A DNA stretch of 63,887 bases, counting the filler, from Kipferlia bialata (Eukaryota), in NCBI GenBank assembly GCA_003568945.1. It is 5 parts of 5 records of this genome, joined end to end, with 100 filler letters (N's around TTAATTAATTAA, not from the genome) between each part and the next. Parts side by side here need not be neighbours in the genome. Positions count along the whole stretch, not along the records: positions 1 to 15,122 come from BDIP01000740.1; positions 15,223 to 30,338 come from BDIP01000742.1; 3 more parts are not named here. One strand, given 5' to 3'. The position numbers were made by a program, and so were the translations under genes. Below the pieces are notes generated by a model. That model worked only from the letters and a program-made list of their open reading frames with translations. It was not told where the DNA came from and did not search any database. Positions 14,401-27,733 of the stretch are shown in pieces. The first letter of the stretch is position 1. Each line of letters starts with the position of its first letter.

Positions 14401-15122
14401 CACTCACTTTGCAAAGTGCACGTCATTGTAGTATCTCTCCAGGTGGTTGATGAATTTGCATGCGTACACCTTGCCGTCTGCCTTACAGGTCACCTGGGGT
14501 CAGTCACAGGAAGTCACAGGAAGTCAAATACACAGATATATATACACCTTGCCGTCTGCCTTACAGGTCACCTGGGGTCAGGTATAAATAAGAAATAATC
14601 TAAATATATATAGAGAGAGAGACAAGGTGAGAATGAGAGATACTTTGCCATCTGCCTTACAGGTCACCTGGGGTCAGGTATATATGTATGAAGTCACCTG
14701 AGGGTCAGGAAGAAAGATACAGGCATTCAGAGACAAAGAGAGAGAGAGAGAGAGAGAGAGGGATACCTTGACCACATTGCCAAATGCCCCCTTCCCTAAG
14801 AACCCACCCTCTGTGTACAGGTCGAAGAGCCTGGCCTTCCTGTACTCACTGGGGGTGAGAATATAATACTATATACAAATAATGAAGAGAGTACATATAC
14901 ATTAACTGAGAATGCAATATATCCTTTCTGTACTCACTGGGAGTGAGAGTATGTATGGAGTACATACATATATATACATATTCACTGATATATATACATT
15001 AAGCAAAGAGCCTGGCCGTCCTGTACTCACTGAGGGTGAGAATGGAATATTAAAAACCAATACTAGAAATGAAGAGAGTACATATACATTAACTGAGAAT
15101 GCAATATATCCTTCCTGTACTC
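8408..15122 (-). CDS. Ser/Thr protein kinase (NEK/STE-like) with low-complexity linker and C-terminal LRR-like region; 5'-truncated, 3' end uncertain
   Basis: Minus-strand exons encode FLGKGAFGNVVK (~14767-14849), VTCKADGK, LVVIMEYIQGHELQ, LIAGVSHLHSHNMAHRDLK, GANCMVG...LKIIDLGGARIIE, TTLIGSPYTMSPE, GYSKKTDVWACGIIFHQ and DKRPSARQAL. These are followed by LRR-like CVLDLTRMGLG, LSHITCLDLSGNE, LGNTGLINL and LVLRDCGVTPLG. Confidence 0.9.
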
Positions 15123-15222
15123 NNNNNNNNNNNNNNNNNNNNNNNNNNNNNNNNNNNNNNNNNNNNTTAATTAATTAANNNNNNNNNNNNNNNNNNNNNN
15201 NNNNNNNNNNNNNNNNNNNNNN
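15123..15222. other. Artificial contig linker N44-TTAATTAATTAA-N44
   Basis: Six-frame stop spacer flanked by N; identical at four positions in the window. Confidence 0.98.
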
Positions 15223-15682
15223 GATCACAGCATTCAGAGTGCTGTATGCTCACCGTTACACCAAGAAAGCTCGTTTGTGAAATTTCACTTGTGCAAGCTA
15301 TGTCCCCAAAATATAGTCATCAAAATACCAAGCAAACCATGAGGGGGACTAACCAACATATAAGCTGCACAAATATGAGCCTACTTGTATGTGAATGATT
15401 CCATAGACTATAAACTCAACTGCTAATCACATCAAGAGAGCTTCTTGTACCTTTTGACATGTATAAGATAATAATGATCTTAATGATCCTTGTTATTCGT
15501 GATTTACACCAAGAAGACCCCATGGTTAAGTTCACGAACAAGCTACGCGCACTGGCTTCACACACTCGTACACAAGGGTTTCTGACAAGGGTTTAGTTCG
15601 ATGTGTTTTTGAAATCGGAGATTTCCGGTTCTTGAGTTCCTTCAGATCTCGACGTGCGTCCTCCTCTCTCTGTCACCCTACA

Positions 15683-16774
15683 ATGACTGCCAATGTCTGC
15701 CATCAGTGCCACCTTGAGTCTCTCTCTCTCTCCGACATCTATGTGGAGACTAACAGGGTAGTACCCGGTCTCCCTAACGCTGACCTCGCTGATCTGACCA
15801 AGGATGACCTCCTCACCTCTCTCTCTGCCTCTCTACGCAAGGGACGTAGCAAGGATGCTACGCAGTGGACCGTTGCCATGATACAGGGCCTCCACAAGGT
15901 ATGTGTGCTATATCTCAAGCGTTTACCAGATTCACGTACACGTATAACATCATCAAGGTTACCGTCAACGAGACAATACAGTCACACGTATATATATACT
16001 GAGACGATGCTGGATACCACTCTGCCTCTCTCACAACGTCTTAAGATATACAGACAGATGCATATGAAGGTATATTGTGATATATGATAGACCCACTATT
16101 CTCTTCTGTATAACATAGATATATATATGTGTATGTGTGTACTGACCCTAGGCCACACACCACGGTGTCCCCCTGAGCAGCAGACACATACATCTACCTC
16201 CCTCCAATACACACACATGAATATATACATGTATTCCTATACTACCCCACTTTAAGCCTGACACGACGGTGTCCCCCCTGAGCACAATACTCCTGTTTCT
16301 CTCTCTCATTACATACATCCATAAATGTATATATATACATATGTATGCTGATACCAGGCTAGGCAGCATGATGTCCCCCCTGAGCACAAGACTCCTATCT
16401 CTCTATCTCTCTCTCTAATTTCGTACATACATATATATACATATTCTCATTCCAGGCTAGACAGCATGACATACCCACTGAGCACAAGATACCTCTCTCT
16501 CTCTCTCTCTCTAATTTCATACATACATATAGATACATACTCTCATTCCAGGATAGGCAGCATGATGTCCCCCCTGAGCACAAGACCCCCAAGGCCAAGC
16601 CTATATATATATATATATGTGTGTGTATTTAGTATATACTATATACACTGATACCAGGCCAGACATCATGACATACCCTCTGAGCACAAGACCCCCAAGG
16701 CTAAGCTTGTACAGTACACCATGGACTGGGTCAACAGCCTCAGTGAGGAGGAGTTTGGTGCTGAGGTATGCATG

Positions 16775-16827
<53 letters not shown>

Positions 16828-19800
16828 ACTGGGTCAACTGCATCACTGAGGAGGAGTTTGGTGCTGAGGTAAATATATTATCACTCTTACAACTATATAT
16901 ATAGAGGGAGGGAGAGGGAGAGGGAGAGGAGACTGAGGAGGGGTTTGGTGGAGAGGTCTGTATGTATATACCTACGCGGGATCAAGGTTCACTAGATACT
17001 TGACTGACGTCTGTGTAGTTACTCTCTCATACTCGCTTAGTATACATATATTACTGACACCCCGATTGATTTAGATGCTGAACGGTATCCAGAGAAGTAT
17101 CCCTCTCTCCCCCTTACTTCTGTAATACACTCACATACTTACTGATATGTCTAGGTCGATCACATGCTGGACGGAATCGAGGTCCACAGTGGTCCTGTGG
17201 AGTCTGTCTCTGCCCTGCCACCATCTCTCTGGGTCAATAGGTGCAGACTCTCTCTCTCTCTCTCTCCGTCTCTCCCACCTGTATTCTCTAGACCCTTGCT
17301 TACCTCTGGCTGGACAGGTATGTATCATTTCTCTCTCTCTCTATTCCCTCTGTTTGTATTCTCTTTCTCTTCCTCGGCCCCTACTTCCCTGTTATAGACA
17401 CTAAGTATTCCTATCCCCCTTGACCTCTCTTCACACCTACTCTTCCCTGATGCACAGTGATCTGATGCACTTCTGATGGATATCGATAGATCCTCTCTGT
17501 CTCTCTATATAGACCGTGGTTCACTTCTAACACACAGGGACGGATCCACCCGCCACTTCGACTCCATCTACGCCCTGTGCACACAGCTCTCACTCTGCAC
17601 AGGTACATATATCTGTCAATACTACGTATGAATATGTGTATCTCTCTTGCATATCTGGCATACCTCCTATATACATACTAAGTGCATATTTATCTAACAC
17701 ACCACCCTATCACACCCAGGGCGTGTCCGGGGCAGACCATATAGATACAGTCATTCTCTTCTTTTACTAGTATATATATATACATATGTTTAATATGTCA
17801 TATATAGTACTCCCAGTCCGTGTCGGGACCAGACCATGCGGAGAGTATACCATATACTATCACTCTTCTCCATATAGCTGTACTATATGTATGTATAGTG
17901 ACGATACTGCCACCCTTATATTCAGGCCGTGTCTGGATCAGACTCTTATGCATATATACAATGTATATACTTCATTCTTCTCCATATCTTCATGTGTATA
18001 TTGTATAGTATATGTATATAGTATATATATTCTAATAACCAGGCCGTGTCTGGACCAGACCACGGGGAGAGTTCCAGGAGGAGACCAACAAGCGTACGTC
18101 AATGCATATAGTATACTAGATACAATATAAGTTATACATTTATACTCTATATATATGTAGTATCTGTATTGTGGAGAGTTCCAGGAGCAGACTAACAAGC
18201 GTACGTCATTGTATTGGTCGATATACACTATGTATGTGTATGGTATACTATATATACTGTGTGTGGAGAGTTCCAGGAGGTGACCAACAAGCGTACGTAT
18301 TTGCATATAGTATGTAGTACTTTCCATATGATATATATGACTCTATATACACTGTATGTGGTTACAGCCATCCTTAACTGGCAGTCACTTCCTATATGTA
18401 TAATATACCGTATGGTTATATACGACCAGACACTAACTCGCAGTCACTTCCTCTACCGATACCCACACCTGCACCTTGAAGATGAACACGAGGGGGAAGA
18501 GGGTGTCCCTCGCCAGACTGAGGTGAGTAATACTCCCACTACCAATACATAGTTACATATCTGTATATATGTATATATGTATATTACGATGTCCACACCT
18601 GTCAGTTGCTAACTCCCAGCCCTGTCACTTGCACTCACTCTGAGTCCCATCTCTCTCTCTCTCTCTCTCTATGCTAACTCTCAGCCCTGTCACGTGCACT
18701 CACACTGAGTCCCCCTTCCCTATCGGCCCAGACGCTGAGGTCCCTCCCTGTGTAGTGCACGTGCCATTCCCACGTCCAGTAATGTCCACCTCTAACACCA
18801 CTACCACCCTCTCTTCCCGCCAAATTCCCCCCCTGTCGGACTGTATCCAGGTACTATACTCATACACGTATACTCTCTCTGCATATATATACTATATATG
18901 TACTATACTTACTATACTGTTATATCGGACTGTCTCCAGGTACTATACCCAACCTCTAGTATACTGTTAATTGTCCTATTTTTATTACTATATTCTGGGT
19001 TTAATATACTAATCTCCAGGTAGGTGAGGGAGAGGTGCTGGGGCTAGGTGTCGGTATGACACATGCCAAGCTGGGTGACAACGGCCTAGAGGTGACCTAC
19101 CTGCCAGTGCCAGGACCTATGAAGGTATATGATACTGATATTATACTGTTACTAGTAGTAACTTACTACTGATACTATTATTATACTGACAATTCTGATA
19201 CTGATACTGATACTGCCAGTACAAGGACCGAGGCAGGTATATGGAACTGATACCGACACCACTATACTACTGGTACTAATGCTACTTACACCAAGCCGAG
19301 GCATATCCCACGGCAATGTATTATACTACTATATATGATTGCACTACTGTACACTACTATACTTCTGATGCTACTAATGCAGGCAGAAGGAAATATTGGT
19401 TATACTTCTTGATACCAATACCAGGCCGAGGGATATCCCAAGGCCATTTACTGTACTATTATAGTATTAGTATCTATATAGATATAGTACATATGTACAG
19501 TATACATACTATCTGTCTATTCCAGTACTAATGCAGGCCGAGGGATATCCCAAGGCCATGTGCCGCATACTGGACAGTGTCTATGTGTTTGGTACATTCC
19601 CGGACTCCCAGGAGGAGGAAAAGAAGAAGTGGCGTGGTAGGGCTAAGACCTCCATCCCCACTCTGAGCAACCGTCTCTACCAGATGTCTATAGACTCCCA
19701 GGTATGCTAATATATGAATACACCTATACTATATAGACATACTATATAGCTTTTTCTCTTAATAGGCTGTGCCAGATGTCCATAGACTCTAAGGTAGGTT

Positions 19801-22052
19801 TAGCTTGCTATTCTATATAGATATAGGTAGTGTTGTTTGTATAGCAGACCCCAATTTCTATTCCTCTGATGGGTATGTCCGATCTAACTCTACTGCTCTT
19901 AGTGTAGTAAACACATATAGATGATATCTTCGGTATTTGTCGATTTCTATCTTTTGCATATACGTACTTTACCTCTGTAAGCCGACTCATATGTTCCTTC
20001 TTTCTATTCTTTCTCTTTTCTAAGTTTCTAAGTCTCTAAGTACATATAACTATTGTTCCAATTCTACGTTACACTCCTGCTGCAGGAGTCCTGCAGTTCG
20101 ACGGCCAGGAGGGGAGACTCTTTTCCATAACGTGTGTATATATACAATAGCCTTACTCTCAGGAGTGGACAGAGGTGCAGAAGGGCCAGGGCTTCCCACA
20201 CCACCCAGTCTCTGCAAGGCGTACAGAGAGAGGAAGGGAGTTCACTGGCACTCTCCTGATGTTCAATCTGGACCTAGAGCTCTATGTGCTACTCCACACA
20301 CCAGAGCTGAAGGTATATATACGTAGTGTCAGTGTATGCATCTATACAGCCCATTATATATTTCATCCATATATATATCTACACAACGGTGTCTGTGTCT
20401 ATTATTTTTGTCTCACACCCAGGCTAACACGACTGTCATCCGTGAGCCCACAACCACTCTCCACAGGTATGGATTGTGCATCTATACACTATATCCTTAG
20501 TAAACAGATGTTTCTCCTATTTAGTCCATATTGGATTGCCACAACCACTTTACACAGTAACATCTATACATAGACATTCTATCATATATATATTGAACTG
20601 ACTTTCCATTCCCATATTCACGGGAACTGTTGCAGGTTTCCACTGGATCCAACCCAGATCCTAAATACGTGTAGCATCCTTCATACTGTCCTTTATATGT
20701 CATGGATAACTGGTTAGTCATACCCTCACTCCCAGGCTAGGAGATGTCCAGAACCGCCTAGGGGCCCAAACGTGGACACAGATAGAGGTACGGAGAGACT
20801 GATACTCTTTCGGATCCAAGGATCAGTATCTGGTTTTCTATACTGTATCTATTATACTCTATTGATACTATATCCATATTCTTTTCACCATTCATAAGTG
20901 GGCAATGATGGTACTAACACAGCATTTGTACTATGTATATATACTCACTGTACTGATGCAGGTACTCATGTCAGTAGACCTGCTATCAATACAATACCAA
21001 TATTCAAGCAGTCTTCATACAAGAATGCCATTAATGATAGACATGCTGATACTTATACAGGTACCCATGTCCAAGAGTATGTCCCCCACGACGGTCACTG
21101 TGGTAGGGGGAGAGGCACATATTCTAGGTTCGATGCGACATATTTGTATATATATGCGCAATAATGGACAAACGCAAACGGATACTCCTATTTTGGTAGG
21201 GGGAGAGGCCAGTATCCTAGGTTGAGTACATTGCTGCTGCCGAAATATCTGACACTTCTAGGTGTTATACTATATTTGTACCTTATGATACTGATTGTCG
21301 TGGAGGCCTGACTATACACTCAGGACAGGCACCGACACCAATACGGGAGAGATGTACGATATACAGGTCATATGTATCAATATATATATATAGCTTCACT
21401 CTACATTGATATACTCTACATTGATATACTCATGATAGGCACCGAGACTGAGAGTGGACAGATGGCCCATGTGGTGTACAGCCAGAGTGCAGGGTGGTCA
21501 GAGGTGAATATATATATATGTAAGTATAATATAGACATTCAACATAGAGTATATAAATACGCATATACAATAAACATATACTATATACATATATACTTTG
21601 ATATACATGTTGTGTACAGCCAGAGTGCAGGGTGGACAGAGGTATATATGTATGTGTGTGCATTATGAATACAGCTACTAATATGAATATATACTAATAC
21701 CCATGTGGTGTACGGTAAGAGTGCAGGGTGGTCAGAGGTAGGTATGTAATAATGTTCTGACTCGTGGGTTTTGCCCTGCCCCCTTACCAGTGCAACCACT
21801 CTCTCTCTCTCTCTCTCTATCTATATATGCGTGTGGGTGTGTTTATGTGTATATTGACTGCAGGGATATGCCGTGCTCTGGCACCCCTTCAGCCTCTCTC
21901 GATCTCTCCCTACCTGTAACTAGTAGTTACTAACTATATATATATCTCTATTCCTATATACACTAACACTAGGGATACGCCGTGCCCCCTCACAAGTGCA
22001 ACCACTCCATCGCTGTTGGGGGTATGCTATGTGCCACAGAGGCCAGGTATTA

Positions 22053-22091
<39 letters not shown>

Positions 22092-22644
22092 TAATTCAAT
22101 GTATATATATAAGTATATATATATGTATATTAATATGTGCCACTGAGGCCAGAGCACCGTTCGGTTTCATCGACTTGCTGAGACGGAATGGGGCCATGGA
22201 TGTACCAATGGGACAGGAGGAGCGGGACGAGATGTTGGGTCTCTTCATGGAGCAGGTACGTCTTGGTACACATACATTTACTACTCATTTCATGTTTGTA
22301 CAGGCAAGTCTTGGTTAGCACTATGATTACTACCACCAAGACCATAATTATTGTCTGATTATTTAGTGAATTCAGTGAGCAGGTCTATCTTGGTACAAAT
22401 ACAGTTACTACTCATTTCATGTGCAGGTACACGTAAGTACATATATATTTCACACAAAATACATGTGGAGTACATATATAGTAGTTCATTGTTCATTGTT
22501 CATTGTTCATTGTCTAATACCAGCTGGATGCCGCTCGTGAGAATGCCGGTCCCACCATCTCTCAGTACGACCCAGTGGCTGATGAGTGGGTGCCATGGTA
22601 CAAGATACAAGCAGGTGTACACTCACACCTATCTTTCTATATGT
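15683..22644 (+). CDS. Multi-exon hypothetical protein, C-terminal half possibly a divergent kelch/beta-propeller
   Basis: Starts at ATG 15683 (MTANVCHQCHLESLSLSDIYVETNRVVPG...GLHK). Later exons include KAMCRILDSVYVFGTFPDSQ, LYQMSIDSQ|EWTEVQKG, VTVVGGEAHILG, HVVYSQSAGWSE and ISQYDPVADEWVPW. Could be more than one gene; end approximate. Confidence 0.55.
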
Positions 22645-22651
22645 GAACACA

Positions 22652-23465
22652 CTATATATTGTTGTTCTGCTTGTATACTGTATATAGTAGCCGATGACAG
22701 TGGGTGAAATGGTACACACTGGGGGAGGAACTTATGGTTACACTGTGTAATAATGCCCATTGGATTGGATACAGGCTCTCGCCTCTTGTTGTTGGCACAG
22801 TTCTCTGGTATATATGGATGCACTTGATATAATTGAGTGATTTGTATGATATAGATACTACATGACAGCTGCTAACCACGCATACACTGTATAGCATATA
22901 GTTTGCATGTATGATGGAGAATCTCCATTGGAGATACTATATATCAGCTGCTGACCTCTAGGCCACAAGCTCTGCCCCCAAGTATATATAATAACGTTGA
23001 GCTTTATGAACAGAATACAATATATTTCATGTGAGTGTGCTTACAAGTGGATTGTACTTACCCTCTAGGCCACAAGCTCTGTCCTCTGGGTAATAATCTC
23101 GTGAATTCACTGTGTATATACTGTAGAGTAAGTATGTTTACCGTTGTTACCAATTATCAGATGCTAACCTCTAGGCCACAAGCTCTGTCCTCTGGATGAG
23201 GGCACAGTACTGCAGTACCCAACAGGGACATTTGTAACCAGCACACCCAGCGTGATATACTACCCATGAAAGTAGCGTAATTAGGGGAAAGTGGGGTAAT
23301 GGAGTAGACAAGACGATGCGGTAGTAGTGATATACTATCCATAAGTAGGAGAGTAGCGTGATATACTACCCATGATAGTAGGGTATTGGGGTAAAGTGGG
23401 GTGAACGGGTACACCTGACGATACGGTGGTTAGACGGGTCTGGGTCTGCTTTTGGGAGCCAGTAC
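22652..23465 (-). CDS. Possible small spliced gene, product unknown
   Basis: Exon-like GC-rich segments with GT donors on the minus strand (23416-23465; 23169-23250 LGVLVTNVPVGYCSTVPSSRGQSLWPR). Donor-edge repeats at ~22955 and ~23063 resemble those of other genes here. Confidence 0.3.
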
Positions 23466-24102
23466 AGGGATAAGTGATGACCCATGCATAAATAGATTAC
23501 TCTGAGGGAGATTTATATATACAAGTATTAGAAACAGCTCACTGTTGACGGTGGATATATATTTACTGAATGATAGTGGATACAGACACACTGGAGGTCT
23601 CTGATTGGATTGGTTATTTCAGAGGTGTGTCTCTCATAGGGTTAGGGTTTCAAAAATATAGATATAGATATATGATAGTAATTACTATATAGTAACTGCT
23701 TTACATATATTTTTGAAACTTACATTGAGTGCTCTATCCAGATATACTCTCTATGCATCTACACCCTTGCCCTCCAAACCCCACCTGTCTCTCCCGCCTA
23801 CTGCAAATGATACCGTAGTGAGATTCTGAGTTGCCTTAATGTTGATCCAACCCATGTGGCGCATTGAGACAAACAACCCCCCCACTAGGGATTCAAAAAT
23901 ATAGTAAAATGCAGTTACTATATAGTATAATAGATTTTACTATATAGATGGGGGCCCCACTACCAGGGGACACTGTATCTCTGTATCGTGTGGACCCATT
24001 CTTCACACATCCTCTTCTCCTTCTCTACGACTGAAGCCAGTCTCTCTCTCTCCTTATCCTTTCTTAGTCACAAATTCTCTGGCTCCCTCCTCTTCCTCTG
24101 CT

Positions 24103-24142
<40 letters not shown>

Positions 24143-24736
24143 GGGGTTACGGATTCTCTGGGTCCCTCCTCTTCCCACGCGTCTCTCTCTCCCTCTCCCC
24201 CCCCCCTCTCTCTCCCTGGTCATGGATTCTCTGGGTCCCTCCTCTTCCTCTGCTCCTTGTGCCACTGGTACCAGAAGAATGGGTATATAGTTGCATACAT
24301 GTGGGGACAGGTTCACTTATACAAAGAAGAACACTTCAATATGCATTATGAGCTGAGGGAAAGTGAAACGCTCATCCGAAATACTAATCGGACATTCTAC
24401 GGAAGCATCCTCGTTGTGCTATCACTGCTACTTCTTCCTCAAAAGAGGGTTCACTCCTATATATCGTCGCTCTCTCTCCTCAACGCAGAGACACATCATG
24501 GGCGTGTAGATTGCGAGTAATACTGAATATCAGCATGCGATTACCCCACATATTTACAGAGAGTCAATAGATTAATGAAATTAGAGACCTGTACGAAATG
24601 CATTTATGCTAATACCAAAGAACAGTCTGCCTTGGGTAGTACAGTGGGAATAGGTAGAAAATAGGTAGAATCAGACCCCGATAACTAACAGCGTGTCTCT
24701 CTCTCTCTCTCTCTCTCACGCGCTTCGTCGGCTCCC

Positions 24737-26788
24737 TCAGTCACTGTCGCTACACGAGTAGTACTCAGACCTGGGATAAGGTGGAACACTAGGACAATAC
24801 CAATAGAGAGACAGAAGTACTAGTAGTCAATATACGTACATAATTGGTTATGCTGCAGAGGTTGTACTCAGACTTGGGATAAGAGGGGAACCAGTACCGT
24901 GTGAGACACCGACACCATTGGAGGGTACAGTATATATATGCATTAGACTCTGATATGGATACTCACCCTGATGCCTCAGACACCTCTGCATCCTCTCTCT
25001 CTGCCTCTACCTCGTTCTCCACGTAACCACCTGTCAGTGATACCATGGGGGAGCTGTCACCTCCGAACACATGCAGCGATGCCTCTCTCTCAGCCTCTAC
25101 CTCGACATCCTCCTCCTCCACCCCTGACTCAACATTAGTAAATGTCTCTCTCTCTCTCTCCTCCTCACCCTCTGACTCATCATTGGCAAACACATGCAGC
25201 CTCATGTACTCCATCCTCTTTGCGGCTGCTCTCTCTCTCTCCCTCTCCGCCTCATCTGTCTCTGCTCTGGCGGCCTCTCTCCTTGTCACCTTCTTCTTAT
25301 CTCTCTTCTGTCTCCTCTCCCTCTTCCCCGCCTTCCTCTCCTGTGTCTCTTCCTCCCCTCCAGCTATCATCCTCATAAAGGCCCCTGCCTCAGAGTAGGA
25401 TCCACCTGCCACTGGCTCTTTCTCCCTCTCTACTCCTGCCTCTGCCTCCTCCACGTGTAGGCTAGACAGAGAGAGACCGTCAAAGGGAAGATCATCGCTT
25501 GACACATGCACATGAGATCTCTTCTTGGCGGCCCTTCTCTCCCTCTCCCTCTCCTCCTGAGACCCATAGGGAGTCTCTCTCTCTCTCTCCTCCTCCTCGT
25601 CGTCAGAGTCGTTGGCAAAGATATGCTGCCTCAGAAAGGCCTTCTTCTTGGCATCTCTCTCTCTCTCTGAGACATCTGTCTCTACCACTTCAGTGTCCGT
25701 CTCTTGCTTCCTCTCCTTCCCTCTCTCTATCCTCTCTCTCTCCTTCTGTCTCTGCTTCTTGGCTCTGGCTCTCGCCTTCTTCTTCTCTCTCTCTCCCTTG
25801 GCCTGCGCTAGTTCTCTCTCTCTCTCCATCTCTGTGTCACTCTCTACCCCTCCATCCACGCCGACTTCTAGTACCTCTGCTTCTCTCTCTCTCTCTTGCT
25901 CCAACCTGAGAGCCTTCTCCATGGCTTCTCTCTCCTTCTCCCTCTCTCTCTTCCTCTCTGCCTCTGCAGCTGCAGCAAGCCTCTTAGTCTCCTCCTCTCT
26001 CTCCCTATTCACCTGAGCCTCAGCCTCCTCTCTGGCCTCCCTCTCTCTCTGCCTCTCGTCCAGTCTCTCTCTCCTTAGTTTGGTGTCTTCCTCGTGTAAG
26101 GGCGTCTCAGCCTCCACCTCAGCCTGGACCTCGGCAAACACAGCCTGACAATAAGGGTCTACAGAGAGAGAGAGAGAGATAGAGAGAGAGAGAGTGGGAG
26201 AGGGAGAGAGAGAGAGAGAATGAGTCACCAAAGGGGTATCCTAAGCATATACAAACTCCGCCGATGATTGGGTTAAGGTAATTGTGCAACACCAAAAGTG
26301 TAGTATGACAGCTGCGAGTATTATATATATGTACATACTATATACAATACGTATGAAAATTGTATATACCTCGAGCTGAGCGTTCACGATTACACTCTCT
26401 CTCTCCTTCTCTCTCTGCTCCTTCTCCTCCTGCTCCTTCCACCATGCAATGTCCTCAGCGGTGGGGATGTAGTGCCCGGCAAGGGGGTCAGGGACAGAGC
26501 CAGCATCTGCCGTTGGATATAGTTGAGGTAGAAGACCTATGATAGCCATAGTATTAGGGACAGTATAGTATGTGAGCGGGGTGACCACTATACCTCCTGT
26601 GAACCCTGCCAGTCCCTCCTTGGTCCTAGCCCCTGCCCTGCCAGTGTCAAACAGGGCATCCTACTATGAGAGAGAGAGAGAGAGGGAGGAAGGAAGAGAG
26701 AGAGAGAGAGAGAAAGAGTCTGGACTAAGGCTTGCCAGTCTCAAACAGGGCATCCTATAGTGAGTTATATAGATGTATATATATATAT

Positions 26789-26826
<38 letters not shown>

Positions 26827-27702
26827 TCTGCCCCGCCAGTCTCAAAGAGGGCATCCTATAGTGAGATATACAGATATATTGATATATATATATATATAGG
26901 TATATATACATATATATATAGAGAGAGAGTCTGCCCTGCCAGTGTCAAACAGGGCATCCTACAATGAATGAGAGAGAGGGACATGTATAATAGTAGGAAA
27001 TACTCCCTGGCATACACATAGTAGTGCATATATGGTATATACATACATACCCTGGTGGGTAGTGGGACTGCAGGTGGAGGGTTCAGGCTGGGCAGATGGG
27101 CAATAGGGCCTGGGTCCTTCTGGGGTAGGATACAAAGGCATATGTAGTATATGTTTGTGGGTATAGTATAGTATAGCTATATATATGCGGTGTATGCATA
27201 CCGCTCTATAGGTGGGCAAGGGGACCAGGGTCCTTCTGAGGATGAGGGTAGTGAGAGGATGTATAATCAATGTCATTTGTAACAGGATAGAGACTTAGCT
27301 ACACCGTAAGTGTGAGGAACACGGGTGATGGCACAGTATACTATATGCTCAAATATATACACACCTCCTTTGGCTCTGCCACAACTATGCAATTATATAT
27401 ATGTATACATATCTGTTGTTATATATAGTATATCCTCACACCTTCTGCTCTGCCACCTGGAGAAACATACAAAGCATGAATATAAACACCAATCTATAAC
27501 CCATCTATATTGATGCCTAACATATATTCACACCTCCTTCTGCTTTGGCTCTGCCACCTTTAGGTATGGCACCTGGCACTTCTTGCACTCAGCTGGCCAG
27601 CTGGTATTAAGGGTGCAGAGAGAGATAGAGACAGGGAGACTTGCACTCTGCAGGCCAGCGCGATATTTTGAGGGTGAAAATGGAGGGACAAAGGGTGTAG
27701 GC

Positions 27703-27733
<31 letters not shown>

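Noticed and set aside
23638..23650. GGGTTAGGG telomere-like word
   Set aside because: Single unit, not an array.
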